Assembly (NCBI GenBank): GCA_032718475.1
Contig: JAUCBJ010007979.1
Coordinates: forward strand, 1-36,341
Source of the DNA: Nemertoderma westbladi
Taxonomy: Eukaryota; Animalia; Xenacoelomorpha
Reading direction: 5' to 3'
DNA length: 36,341 nt
Made by a program: the position numbers and the translations under genes. This document shows, piece after piece, positions 24,910 through 36,341 of this stretch. Below the pieces are notes generated by a model. That model was not told the origin of the DNA. It was given only the letters and a program-made list of their open reading frames with translations, and made no database searches. Position 1 is the first letter of the stretch. Every line of letters starts with the position of its first letter.

Positions 24910-25956
24910 ATGGGGTGTTGTTTAAGACGAAGTGGATCCAAATTAGATGACTCGAAGGCGGACACGCCTAACTCCTCGTGTCAATGTTTCCTCGGTAAAC
25001 TGGACTCCTTCGCCGATTGGATGTCGTTTCTACCGCCTCAGCTGCACGGCGTCGCTCTCAAGGATATAGCGATCCCGGGTAGCCACGATTCCGCAACTAA
25101 ATCCCTCGACAAAGACGGCCCGTTCAACCCTGCGGAATCCGACTCGAAAGCTATCGAGGACATTATAAAGTTTACGGGATCGATAGGGCGTTCCGTCGTC
25201 TACAACTGGTCCGTGACTCAGGACTTTGATGTTTTTGAACAGCTGACGGCCGGGATTCGATACTTCGACATTCGCGTCGCTGTTAAACCGAATGATCCCG
25301 TTAATTTCTATGTAACTCACGGGTTTTACGGCAGAAAAGTAATCGAAATCATGAAAGAAATCGTGGAGTTCCTTAGCGCACATCCTAAAGAGATAGTCCT
25401 GGTTGATTGTAACCACTTCTACGGGATGAGTTCCCGCGACCACGAGCGTCTAGTAGCCGAGCTCTGCGAGGTGTTCCAGGGGATTATGTGCCCTTACCTC
25501 GGCGCGGAGTCAGCCACCTTGGATGTCCTCTGGGAGAACGACCTTCGAGTCCTTCTCTTCTACCACGACGACGCGGCGGTGGCGGCCAGTGGGTTTCTGT
25601 GGCCCGGAACCGCGATCCCGTCTCCGTGGCCCGACACCATGGATGCGGGGAAGGTTATCCAGTTCCTACAGAGTAACTTAGACCGCGGTCGACCGGCGGA
25701 TTCATTCTACGTCTCCCAAGGTATACTGACCCCTAGTACAGGTACGATAGTCGGACATCTGTGCGCCTCGTTGAAGGTGGAGTGCGGTATCCCGGCGCTG
25801 GAGGCGTTAGTTCCCTGGTTGAAAGGGAAGTCGGCCGGACCTAAAAGTGTCAACGTTGTTTTGGCGGATTTTGTAGGTTTACATCGCTTTATAGAATTGG
25901 TTGTTTCGATTAATTGCGTTTGTCGTTGTTCTGATACCTCTAAATCCCAATCTTAG
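24910..25956 (+). CDS. PLCXD: PI-PLC X domain-containing protein (PLCXD2/3-like), single coding exon, 348 aa
   Basis: DWMSFLP..LKDIAIPGSHDS, TQ..VFEQLTAGIRYFDIRV, HGFYG, HPKEIVLVDCNHF, PSPWPDT, FYVSQGILTP, NVVLADFV. GC-rich intact ORF in AT-rich flanks. Confidence 0.92.
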   Translation: MGCCLRRSGSKLDDSKADTPNSSCQCFLGKLDSFADWMSFLPPQLHGVALKDIAIPGSHDSATKSLDKDGPFNPAESDSKAIEDIIKFTGSIGRSVVYNWSVTQDFDVFEQLTAGIRYFDIRVAVKPNDPVNFYVTHGFYGRKVIEIMKEIVEFLSAHPKEIVLVDCNHFYGMSSRDHERLVAELCEVFQGIMCPYLGAESATLDVLWENDLRVLLFYHDDAAVAASGFLWPGTAIPSPWPDTMDAGKVIQFLQSNLDRGRPADSFYVSQGILTPSTGTIVGHLCASLKVECGIPALEALVPWLKGKSAGPKSVNVVLADFVGLHRFIELVVSINCVCRCSDTSKSQS

Positions 25957-27799
25957 ACCTACTCGCTGCACCTAGTAGCAGTAGGTCTACACCGGTACAC
26001 CCGTTTCCATTCACTGTCACATTTTTCCACTTAATCAGTTGGTTGGTTTTTTGCTAAATAATAAGGGCCTATATTTTTTATTAACAATATAAATTTTATT
26101 TTAATTTTTTGCAGTTGGTGGTTCGTAATTGAATTGTTACAGAAAAAGGTGCAGATTTAAGTTTTATAGTATTTCAAATGTTTCGATATTTATTTATGTT
26201 CGCCGTGCTCGATCGCAGTTTCGATATTTATTTATGTTCGATTACGTTCTTTCTGTTTACTGACACTGACTTTGCAAAGGTATTTTATTGTTTTATATTT
26301 TGTATTATTTATTAGTAAATGATCATAATTTATTCGTTGCTAAATAATCAATTCATTTTCAAGCAGTAAGAAACTTTACCATGTAAAAAAATGTCATTTA
26401 AATGTAAACAAATTACAATGTAAATGTAACTGGGACCTCCAACTTGCATGCAATCGCTGATCAGCCCCAAATCAGTTCTGGTTCACATCGAAACTGAAGC
26501 CTTTCTCAAGAGGTCAAGTTGTAATGTCACTTAGATTGAAACCCCTAAAGGCGTGAAGAAAGGAAAATGAATCGAAAAGAAAATTACATGCCCTGCCCAG
26601 TGTTATATTTTACTTATTATATTTTGTTATATTTTATTTTACTTACTTTATTTTTATGTTTGTAAATATATTTATTAGTTTTTGGACTCTCACAATTCCG
26701 CACCCATCCACGAAGTACGACCGATTCCGTAAAGGAAACCATCAGTAATCCTGTCCGATATGGTACTTTTCCATTCAGAAGTGAGCTGCTCTAATATTGG
26801 TTTATTGAGATCATAAGTAATACTGTAATACAACAACCAATTATTATTAACAACCACAGATTATACCTGTAAATGTACTATTGATAAGATAAATAAAATA
26901 CTGTAGTTATGTTATGGTATAAAACGGCAAATATGTCTCGTAGGATAGCCCCATGAGGCATAGCCTCCTCTCCCTGCGGGTCCTCCATATTGGGGTAAGT
27001 ACGAAATGTGCAAATAGATCTACTGCAAGGACGATAGCAGATCGCAACAGGTCTAGGGTTAATTTCATACACCATCAACTAAAAATAATCATTAGAAATA
27101 AATATTTGGAATTGCATGCTATGTCACAATTAATTGTAGCCAATGATTGGGTAATGATGTACAAGTAAAAGGTTGGCAAAATTAAAAATAAGGATAAGTA
27201 AAATAAATTAAAATTTGGTAAGTAAAGTGGGTTAATTAAGTGGAAATTCTGATGGTGACGGATATTCACAAGTGCTAGTCAAAAAGTGCTAGTAAAATTA
27301 AATAAATTTAAGTTTAAGTACAACATCGTTTTTCCAGTGCAGAGTAGTTTTAAAATATTAAAGAATGATGAATTGCCATGTATATTTCCGGGCAGATGAT
27401 ATAAAAAGGTTAAGTAGCATGCATTATAAAAAAAAGCCGTATTACTAACATTATTTAAAAAAAGATCACTAAAATTATTTTAAAAAAGGATTACAAAACA
27501 CTGGTACAATATAGTTATAAAATATTATGAAAGCATAGATTATGAACATATCGGATTATAGTTGGTCATGCAAGTTATGTAAAATAAGAAACACGCAAAT
27601 AGAATATCAAATAAAATACAGGAGTTAAATATTAGTAAAATAATTTAACATACAGAACTGTAATGAAGGTACGTCACATAATTTAAAATTACAATAGAAA
27701 TTCCAATATAAGTTGACATTAAATTATCCTTTACTTTATGACATAAACAGTATACACGACAACAAAATATTAAAATTAACTGATATCAATGTGGTTCAT

Positions 27800-29182
27800 A
27801 TAGTAATTTTTTACTTGATGCTTAAAACTTTTGATATAGATCAGTAGATAGATACATTGGTGCACTTCTAACACTGACTGGTAGATCGTTCCAGAGTTTT
27901 GGACCTAGATACAAAACGACTTTTGTCCAAAGACTGTATTACGATAGGGAATTTCTGCTTTCATTTCCGAATTCCTCAAGGCTCGCCTATCCAATCTATC
28001 TTCTTCAAAATTGACCAATTCTGATATATAATCTGGGGCGGCGTTACTGTGAGTTTTATACATAAGAGTCAGTATTTGTTGATTTACTCCATCCGGGATT
28101 GGAAGCCAGTTAATTTGTCGGTAGTGTGAGACTTCAATATGGGATCGTGAATCGAGTGATAGGCAGTATCGTACCATCTTACGTTGCAAACATTATAGTC
28201 TTCCTTTCCAATGTTTAGATGCGGTGGGAAACCAAGGGATGCTGCAATAGTCGAGTAAAGGTTGAATCAGCGCGTTGCACAACAGTCGCTTTAGAGTGTA
28301 GTCTAGGAGAGAATTGACTCTGTAGAGGAACTTCAACCGTGAGTTGGCTTTCTTCACTATTTTCGTTATCATGGCTTCGCCATTAAGACTCTCATTGAAC
28401 CAACAGCCAAGATATTTTATTTCTTCCTCATTTGGTATTGGAATCCCATTACAAGAAACTGTCAACCGATCACCAGTGCAATTAGATAGCCTTTGCCAGG
28501 TTCCAAATAATATGGCCTTTGTTTTGCCAAAGTGCATGGTCCTCCTGTTCTGGATGAACCATTCATTAAGGCTCTCTAGATTGCGCGTTAATATCTGTGG
28601 TATTGTTGAGATATTATCTCCTGAAGCAGCCTCATTTGTATCGTCTGCAAACTTGGGTGAGATGCAATCATCATCGATACTCTGGTCAGAATCATTAGTT
28701 GTTCACTGGAATAGTAGCACTCCCAGCACAGACCCCTGTGGCACCCCATCATCATTTAAACGTTCAGATGAACAGACTCCATCTATAGCAACTACCTGAC
28801 GTCTGTCAGACAGATATGAACTGAACCATTTCACTGTTTTCTTGCAAAAACCCATGTATTTTAGCTTCATTAATATAACATTATGATCGATCGAGTCAAA
28901 TGCTTTCCTTAAATCAATGGTGACCATACCTGTTAGCTGTCCTTTGTCTGCTGCTGTTCTGATAAAATTGTCCAGAAAGGTGAGGCATGTTTCGGTGGAG
29001 TAGCCCTCACGGAATCCCGATTGAAGTTTGCACAGTATTTTGCTATCAACCATGTATTTATAGGATTGATCATACATAAGTCGTTCTAGAGTTTTTGACA
29101 ATATTTGTAACAGTACTACAGGTCTATAATTTTCCCGTAGTAAAACTGGTCCCTCTTTAAACACTGGTGTAGTTTTTGACAT
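27800..29182 (-). mobile_element. Decayed, 5'-truncated CR1-group (Crack/L2/Daphne-like) LINE reverse transcriptase
   Basis: One frame with in-frame stops at 28703, 28193 and 27905. Motifs NYRPV, QSGFR, DLRKAFD, GVPQGSVLG, FADD, KTKAILFG, IKYLG, LDYCS. LWNDLP follows after a frameshift. Confidence 0.88.
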
Positions 29183-29879
29183 GTTGGATATGTGGAACTC
29201 TGTGGCAGTCCTAGCTGGTCTATTGCGGATGAGAAAAAGGCAAATTAATATAATACAGTAATACTATTGCACTATAAACCTAGTACACGGGTTGTTTTGT
29301 ATAACACTACACTTTTTAGTTACACATTCGTGGGGCCTTCGCGCAGCACGATTCTCATTTATGAGACACAAATTGTTCGATTCTATCACAAAATCTGTAG
29401 GGCAGGGCCTACGGTATTTGAAAAATTTAACCAAACCGCCAATCACTCAACTCCCTTCTCCTCCCATGTTAATCTGCACCCCAACCCAAAGGCACAGACG
29501 GTACCAGTACGTGAGATTGATGGCAGGTAAGTTTGTCGCTACCGTATGGCCTCTCTCCATTATTGCCATCATAACTCTACCCGCGCGGCAATATTGCCAA
29601 TCAACACTTTGACGTGATCCCCCACCCACCCCCCCCCCCCCCCCCCACCCCCCCGGCCCTTGGGATATCCCTGTGCGGCTGTAGCTGGGAGCGGCTTGAT
29701 GGAACTGGACTGGCTTACTATAGGGCCCGGCCTGCTGTAGCCTCACCTTACATTTATTGGTGGTGTGATAAATTCAGAGGGGGGGGGGGGGGGGGGGGGG
29801 GGCGGGGGGCGGGAAAAGGCAGCCCGCGCCAGGGGAAGGTGGACGCTAATAACAGCTAATTATATTATTATATTATATA

Positions 29880-30940
29880 ATACTTAAATCTTAAAACCGT
29901 TTGGCGATATCTTTTTTAGTTCTCGAGTTATCGCTGTCTTTCCGTCTACCAGTCTGTCCGTCAAAATTTAGAAGACAGCCAAACTGTCAGACAGACATAT
30001 TAGATACCACCAAACATTAAAACTGACATCATAAATGAAATCACCGACCCCGAAAACCCCCATATTGATAAATTTAGTGAGTTGGTATGAAGCCATAGTG
30101 TCAAACATTACTACTGACCGATTAACAGACTACAGACAGTCAGGTTTGAGCGGGAAGGTTCAAACTTTAAAGCAAATTATCTCGGAATTACATTTCACGA
30201 TATTTCAATTTTTCAAAATACTATTCCTCCGCCGTTTTTCACCCAAATTCGATAATTTATGGCTCGTTTGAAAGGTTTTCTGAAGATCTTTAAAAATTAT
30301 CCAGCACTTTTTTGAAAATATATTTTTCAATTTTATTGAAAGTTTTAATTAATTTTAATTAATTCATTTAATTAATTTACTCAATTTACTTGAAAATTAA
30401 TAATTTAAAAAATCGGCGGTGAAATTTTCGTAGATTCGAAGGTTCTGAGTCCAAAAAAGTTGGTTTCATAAAATTTGGATAAATATTAAAAGGGACTACA
30501 GTAGTAGTGTTTTTAGTTAAATATTTACTTGCGCCACTAGCCGCTAGATGGACACAAAAAAAATTTAAATTTCAATTTTTGTTGCTCTTTGGCCTTCCCC
30601 ACGTTGGCTGAACACTACATAACAGTGATGTTGACCTACAACACGAAGTTAGAGCTGTTAAAAATTCTCATGAGGGGTCCCCCCCCCCCTTAACTTATTA
30701 ACTGAATTTATTTTAGCTTCTCGAGGGCCACACGCAAATTCAATTTGGAAGTTTCTAAACTTTTGCTAGATTACATGTGTAGCCTACCAAGTTTCAATAG
30801 ATTTCATCATGGATAGGCCGAGTTATTAACGTCCAAAATTGGACATAACAGAACGACAGCTTCATTAATGGTACACCTAGGCCCCTACGCTAAAGGATCA
30901 CATTACTTCGAGGCTCGCCCACAATGATTTGTTATTCTAT
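29880..30940. mobile_element. Possible Helentron-associated (HINE/DINE-1-like) non-autonomous element remnants
   Basis: CGACCCCGAAAACCCC, ACCAAGTTTC, GAGTTAT and GACAGACA-like motifs resemble these elements. Boundaries are uncertain. Confidence 0.35.
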
Positions 30941-31045
30941 CCAAAACAATAAATGAGAGTCAATGGCATGAGTTACAGTTTAATATACTGTATTGGCTGG
31001 TAAAGTTGTAAATATAAATATACAGTAACTACTGTTTGACGCAGA

Positions 31046-32625
31046 ACCTATCAACCACTCGCTGGACCTAACGACCACTTGCCTGACCTAACGACCACTC
31101 ACTGGACCTAACGACCACTCGTTGTACCTAACGACCACTCGCTGGACCTAACGACCACTCGCCTCACCTAACGACCACTCGCTGGACCTAACGACCACTC
31201 GCCTCACCTAACGACCACTCGCTGGACCTAACGACCACTCGCTGGACCTAACGACCACTCGCCTGACCTAATGACCACTCGCTGGACCTAACGACCACTC
31301 GCCTGACCTAACGACCACTCACTGGACCTAACGACCACTCGCTGGACCTAACGACGACTCGTTGTACCTAACGACCACTCGCTGGACCTAACGACCACTC
31401 GCCTCACCTAACGACCACTCGCTGGACCTAACGACCACTTGCCTGACCTATCGACCACTCGCTGGACCTAACGACGACTCGATGTACCTAACGACCACTC
31501 GGCAGACCTAACGACCGCTTGCTAGACCTAACGACGACTCGTTGTACCTAACGACCACTCGCTGGACCTAATAACCATTTGCTGCCTAACGACCACTCGT
31601 CTGACCTAACGACCACTCGCTGGACCTAACGACCACTCGCTGGACCTATCTACCACTCGCTGGACCTAACGACCACTCGCTGGACCTAACGACCGCTCAC
31701 TGGACCTAACGGGACCTATTCATAAGAATGCTACGCCGGGTTCATTGTGTCAAGTACAATGCACACATCTCCAACCAGACACTATATAACATTGGAAGGT
31801 GTCTCATTGGTTCCCCCAAGCTTGACACTAGAACAAAGCTGCCTCCGCTTTGCAGGACATTGCTTTCGCCGTGAGGACCAGCCAGTGCATAATCTTGTAC
31901 TTTGGCAGCCTCATGGAGTGAATAAGCATGGTGGACAGCCCATGGCTTTTTTTGAGGACACTGGCCTTGAAGATGCTGATGATCTAGCAAATGTAATGGG
32001 TGATAGGGAGTCGTGGCGGCGCAATTTTGTCGATATGCCGGCACAGCATTCTTAAAAATGCAGCTGCAATGCAGCATGTCGATCCTATTAGTAGTACCTA
32101 ACGACCACTCGCTGGACCTAACGACCACTCGCTGGACCTAACGACCACTCGCTGGACCTAACGACCACTCGCCTCACCTAACGACCACTCGCTGGACCTA
32201 ACGACCACTCGCTGGACCTAACGACCACTCGCTGGACCTAACGACCACTCGCTGGACCTAACGACCACTCGCTGGACCTAACGACCACTCGCTGGACCTA
32301 ACGACCACTCGCTGGACCTAACGACCACTCGCCTGACCTAACGACCACTCGCTGGACCTAACGACCACTCGCTGGACCTAACGACCACTCGCTGGACCTA
32401 ACGACCACTCGCTGGACCTAACGACCACTCGCCTGACCTAACGACCACTCGCTGGACCTAACGACCACTCGCTGGACCTAACGACCACTCGCTGGACCTA
32501 ACGACCACTCGCTGGACCTAACGACCACTCGCTGGACCTAACGACCACTCGCTGGACCTAACGACCACTCGCAGGACCTAACGACCACTCGCTGGACCTA
32601 ACGACCACTCGCAGGGCCTAACGAC
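31046..32625. repeat. 20-bp minisatellite (ACCTAACGACCACTCGCTGG), split by a LINE fragment
   Basis: Tandem units at ~31046-31710 (variable) and ~32096-32625 (nearly homogeneous). Confidence 0.96.
31710..32096 (+). mobile_element. RTE-like LINE 3' fragment within the minisatellite
   Basis: LRFAGHCFRREDQPVHNLVLWQP..DRESWR. It shares the 3' UTR TGCAGCTGCAATGCAGCATG and the TAGTAGTA tail with the 2808-3400 copy. Confidence 0.8.
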
Positions 32626-33798
32626 ATCTATCACTAATAACTACCGGTCATCTCGTATACATTACTGCTGGCTTAACTACCGTACATATTGCATAACCGG
32701 TAGATCTACAGTATGAGTTACAATATAGATAGATACAGGCGGTCATGTTTACGGTAAATCCGTCTTTTCTTTAGTCTACACCATTCCTGTAAATAATACA
32801 ATTTGAGAATTCCCACTAACAATACAATAATATTATATTTAATTAAAAATGTTGTTAATACATTTAATAATATTCTTTGGAAGTTACTATTGTTTAGCTC
32901 TGCTGTTTCCTTTATCGACATTCTAAAATAACTCCTAATATCACACCTAGAATCTTAAACCAATAACACAATGAAACAGAAAGCAAACAAATAACAACTC
33001 ATTACTGATTAAGATATTTCAGAGTCTGGCAATTAATAGACTAATGCGATCCTCTATGACTGTAATTAATTTACATTTTAACAACCATTGTTGGTATTAT
33101 TTATATTGTTGTTTTTCTCACGTACCCGTTCCCTTTCACTAACAATTACTGGGAATATCACTTACAATAATGGCACGTATTTATTTCATATCATTCCATT
33201 ATCATACAGTACTACAGAGACCATACGATGTCTCAGAATCAATACGCATTCTCTTAAAGTCCAGTCCAAAGTTTATGTTCCAAATAATTGCAATTAAGAT
33301 AATAATTGATTTTTATATAATTGGCATTATCGTAGTATTTTTAACAGATCTTTCTTTTAATAATTTTCCTTACTTAAATAAATAATCACAGGGATCCACA
33401 CTTATAATAAATAGTAAAGAACTCACGTGAAATATTCCATTCTTTTAATTATTCAAAAATCCATTTATCAATCAACTAAATAATTGGTGTATATACAGTA
33501 GGCCTAGTGATCTATATATTTTAACAATTTTAATTGGTGTTATCGAATTTGTTCTACTGTATTGATGGATTGATTTTATTATGAAATTAAGTATTACCAC
33601 AATAACCATATTAAATACGAAAGCAATGACGTATAGAAATAGGCCTACAATAAAGAAATTCAACATGTTATCTATCAGAGGCTAAAATTAATTAAATACA
33701 CTAAAACAAATATATTTTCAATTGTGATTATTTAATGAATGTCTGTCTAACTCTTGTAATAAGTTATACATTATTGTGCTCACCGCCTACTAGTGGAG

Positions 33799-34006
33799 AT
33801 GGATGAGGTTAAGAAGTTTGGTGTTGTAGATTATCTAGTTTTCTTTCTAATGCTGATAATTTCAGGAATAATTGGCGTTTATTTTGCAGTTAAACACCGA
33901 AAGAAAGAATCTACGAAGGAATTCTTTCTGGGTTCAGCTGATATCAACTACGTCGCCGTATCGATTTCATTGTTAGCTAGTTTTATGAGCGCCATCGCTT
34001 TACTTG
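33799..34006 (+). CDS. SLC5A sodium:solute symporter (SMCT/SMVT/NIS-like), coding exon 1
   Basis: FGVVDYLVFFLMLIISGIIGVYFA..EFFLG..VAVSISLLASFMSAIALLG. GT donor at 34007, phase 1. Confidence 0.88.
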
Positions 34007-34040
34007 GTAATAATATCCGGTTACATTTATTATATATCGT

Positions 34041-34340
34041 TTAGTTAATATAAATGTAAAATAGTTAGTTAATATAAATATAAAATAGTTAGTTAATATA
34101 AATATAAAATAGTTAGTTAATATAAATGTAAAATAGTTAGTTAATATAAATATAAAATAGTTAGTTAATATAAAATAGTTAGTTAATATAAATATAAAAT
34201 AGTTAGTTAATATAAATATAAAATAGTTAGTTAATATAAATATAAAATAGTTAGTTAATATAAATATAAAATAGTTAGTTATTATAAAATAGTTAGTTAA
34301 TATAAATATAAAATAGTTAGTTAATATAAAATAGTTAGTC
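34041..34340. repeat. 24-bp AT-rich minisatellite (AAATAGTTAGTTAATATAAATATA) in SLC5A intron 1
   Basis: About 13 tandem units, some of them 18-bp deletion variants. It explains ORF 33983..34375. Confidence 0.93.
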
Positions 34341-34657
34341 ATTTTATTTTGAATTTGAAACGTAATCTCATTCATCTCCGCGCTTCAGGCCATCGCGTTG
34401 GCATTGAGGCTAATTTTCACGAATTCAGAGAGAGGGAGAGAGAGAGTGGGGGGGGGGGGGGGGGGGGTCTAGACGTAATCAAACCGACATGGAATTTACT
34501 GTATGTCCAGTTTTAATATTACAGTATTTGGTGATATTACACAAGGATTTACGCAAAGCAATATTTTTGCTACGGAATCAGCAACTTTCGCCTTATAGAA
34601 ACCTCTGTTTTCTGCACAACAATAATTAATTATTGTCAATGATTATTTTTATTGTAG

Positions 34658-34791
34658 GAACTCCAGCCGAGGTGTATACATATGGAACTCAATATGTAGT
34701 TATTTGCCTGTGTTTCTTTATCGCAATGCCGATATGCGCGTTCCTTTATTTGCCTATGTTTAGAAGCCTTAATATGCCCAGTGTCTACGAG
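34658..34791 (+). CDS. SLC5A coding exon 2
   Basis: TTGTAG acceptor; (G)TPAEVYTYGTQY..LYLPMFRSLNMPSVYE; GTAAGC donor. Phase is compatible with exons 1 and 3. Confidence 0.9.
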
Positions 34792-34815
34792 GTAAGCGAT
34801 TACTGTATTATAGTA

Positions 34816-35214
34816 TAGTGCTTAAACGGGATCAAACCTTTCGGGATCGGGACCGGGATTATCACCCTCGGGATCCCGTTTTTTGGGATCGGGATTGTAA
34901 TTTTTGATTAATTTCCTTAAAGTTCTTAGTATATGTGGCCGGTGGCGTGGCGTGGCGGGTTTTGGGTAACACTCACTTTATTTTACACTTCTGAAATATT
35001 AGTGAGATAAAGTTATATCAAAATTATCTTACAATTGATTACTGGATGATAAAAATTCGATATAATCAAAACATTTCCGTTCTGCTGGAACTATTTATCA
35101 AATATTCAACAAATTTACTGAATTTATACTTCGGGATCCCGTTCCAAAAAAATTCGGGATTGGATTTTTCACCGGGATCCCGTTTTCCGGGATTGGGATT
35201 CCTTTTAAACACTA
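34816..35214. mobile_element. hAT-like non-autonomous element in SLC5A intron 2
   Basis: Imperfect TIRs TAGTGCTTAAA / TTTAAACACTA, with clustered subterminal CGGGAT(CCCG) repeats at both ends. No 8-bp TSD is seen. Confidence 0.5.
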
Positions 35215-35431
35215 GTAGGCCTACAGAGTAAGTATTATAGGCTGCTACTATAAAGTTGCAATGAAACATATAATTGAACATCTTGTTACTTTTTAAATTT
35301 TGCATATAATATCATTGGGATATTATTTTCAATATAGAAAGACATGAAGTTATTATTTTTCTTTCTGATATTGTTTTGATCATTTGTATTTCAATGTCGA
35401 TTTTAATTCCATGCTATTTATTTCTCTTCAG

Positions 35432-35617
35432 TACCTTGAACAAAGATTTGGACGTTTGGTACGTATTATGGGGGTCGCCGGTTACATATTCCAAATGGTG
35501 GCATACATGGGCGTGGTTCTTTACGCCCCCAGTTTGGCATTAAATCAAGTTACCGGACTTAGCGAGTCGTTGTCTGTCGTTATAGTCGGTGTTGTCTGCA
35601 CCTTCTATACAACGATT
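35432..35617 (+). CDS. SLC5A coding exon 3 (gene continues beyond the window)
   Basis: TTCAG acceptor; YLEQRFGRLVR..YMGVVLYAPSLALNQVTG..VCTFYTTI; GTAAGT donor; 186 nt, phase 0. Confidence 0.92.
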
Positions 35618-36341
35618 GTAAGTCCTATTGAAAGTATAACTTAAACATTATTGAAGGTTACAACAAACTTTTGTATATATGTAAATAAAGATGTGGTGAA
35701 GTAGTAGTAGTATATACTGTATATGGCACGTAACACTTTTAAGCAATTAAAAGTCCAAGATTTTGGTCAAAGTTGTAAAATTTGAACCGCTTAACGGATT
35801 TCTGTTTTTCATGTAACGTTCGAATGCTAATTTTTTGCTCTTTAACATATATCAATTGTAAAATTGTAGCACATATTTAATTATACCCAACATGAGAAAG
35901 TACATAAATCCCAAAATCCATAAAAAACGTAGCCTTGTCAATAAAATTTGTGACGTCATAATAGATTGAAAATGAAGAATTCAAAGCAAGTTTATGCAAT
36001 TATATAACATACCTATGTGATCCTCATATAATTTGACGGTTCAGTAAAACTATTTGCCGTACATTTGCATCGATTTTATCGCGATATGAAACCCAAGTAT
36101 AAAGTGTAAAGGAAATTCTGTGTTGAAAAACATCTGTAACCTCTTCTTTGCATAAAAAAATTATATCTTGAAATGTCAGTATTATATTTCATATATAATT
36201 TTTCTATACTAAAATGTTATGCTCTATTCGGTGGACCCATCCGAAATATCATACCTATTAGCGGTATGAAATTGGGATAAAGTTTATTAGAACTACGCGA
36301 AATATAGAGACAAACTGTTCCTTGGAAATCGAAATTCGAGG

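Noticed and set aside
29614-29859. Pro/Gly-rich ORFs from poly-C/poly-G tracts (also near 2356, 4780, 5060)
   Set aside because: Homopolymer runs in non-coding repeats; run lengths may be unreliable.
33983-34375. 130-aa FILTNYFI repeat ORF
   Set aside because: Translation of an intronic 24-bp minisatellite.

Overview
AT-rich eukaryotic (invertebrate-like) genomic DNA. The main feature is a complete, very young, unusually large (15.9 kb) BEL/Pao LTR retrotransposon at 5123-21012. It has 1208-bp TG...CA LTRs in which I found only two differences, and an ATATT target-site duplication. It lacks a tRNA primer-binding site. Its 2.2-kb leader carries two near-identical 94-nt consensus introns. Its ~1200-codon gag is broken by one stop, and two frameshifts flank the protease core. 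A third, ~480-codon triple zinc-knuckle ORF with a basic tail lies between pol and the 3' LTR. Host genes are an intronless PI-PLC X-domain (PLCXD-like) CDS with an MGCC N-terminus and the first three coding exons of an SLC5A (SMCT/SMVT/NIS-like) sodium:solute symporter. The rest is decayed LINEs (two RTE-like 3' fragments, one CR1-group RT), MITE-like elements and four minisatellite arrays.
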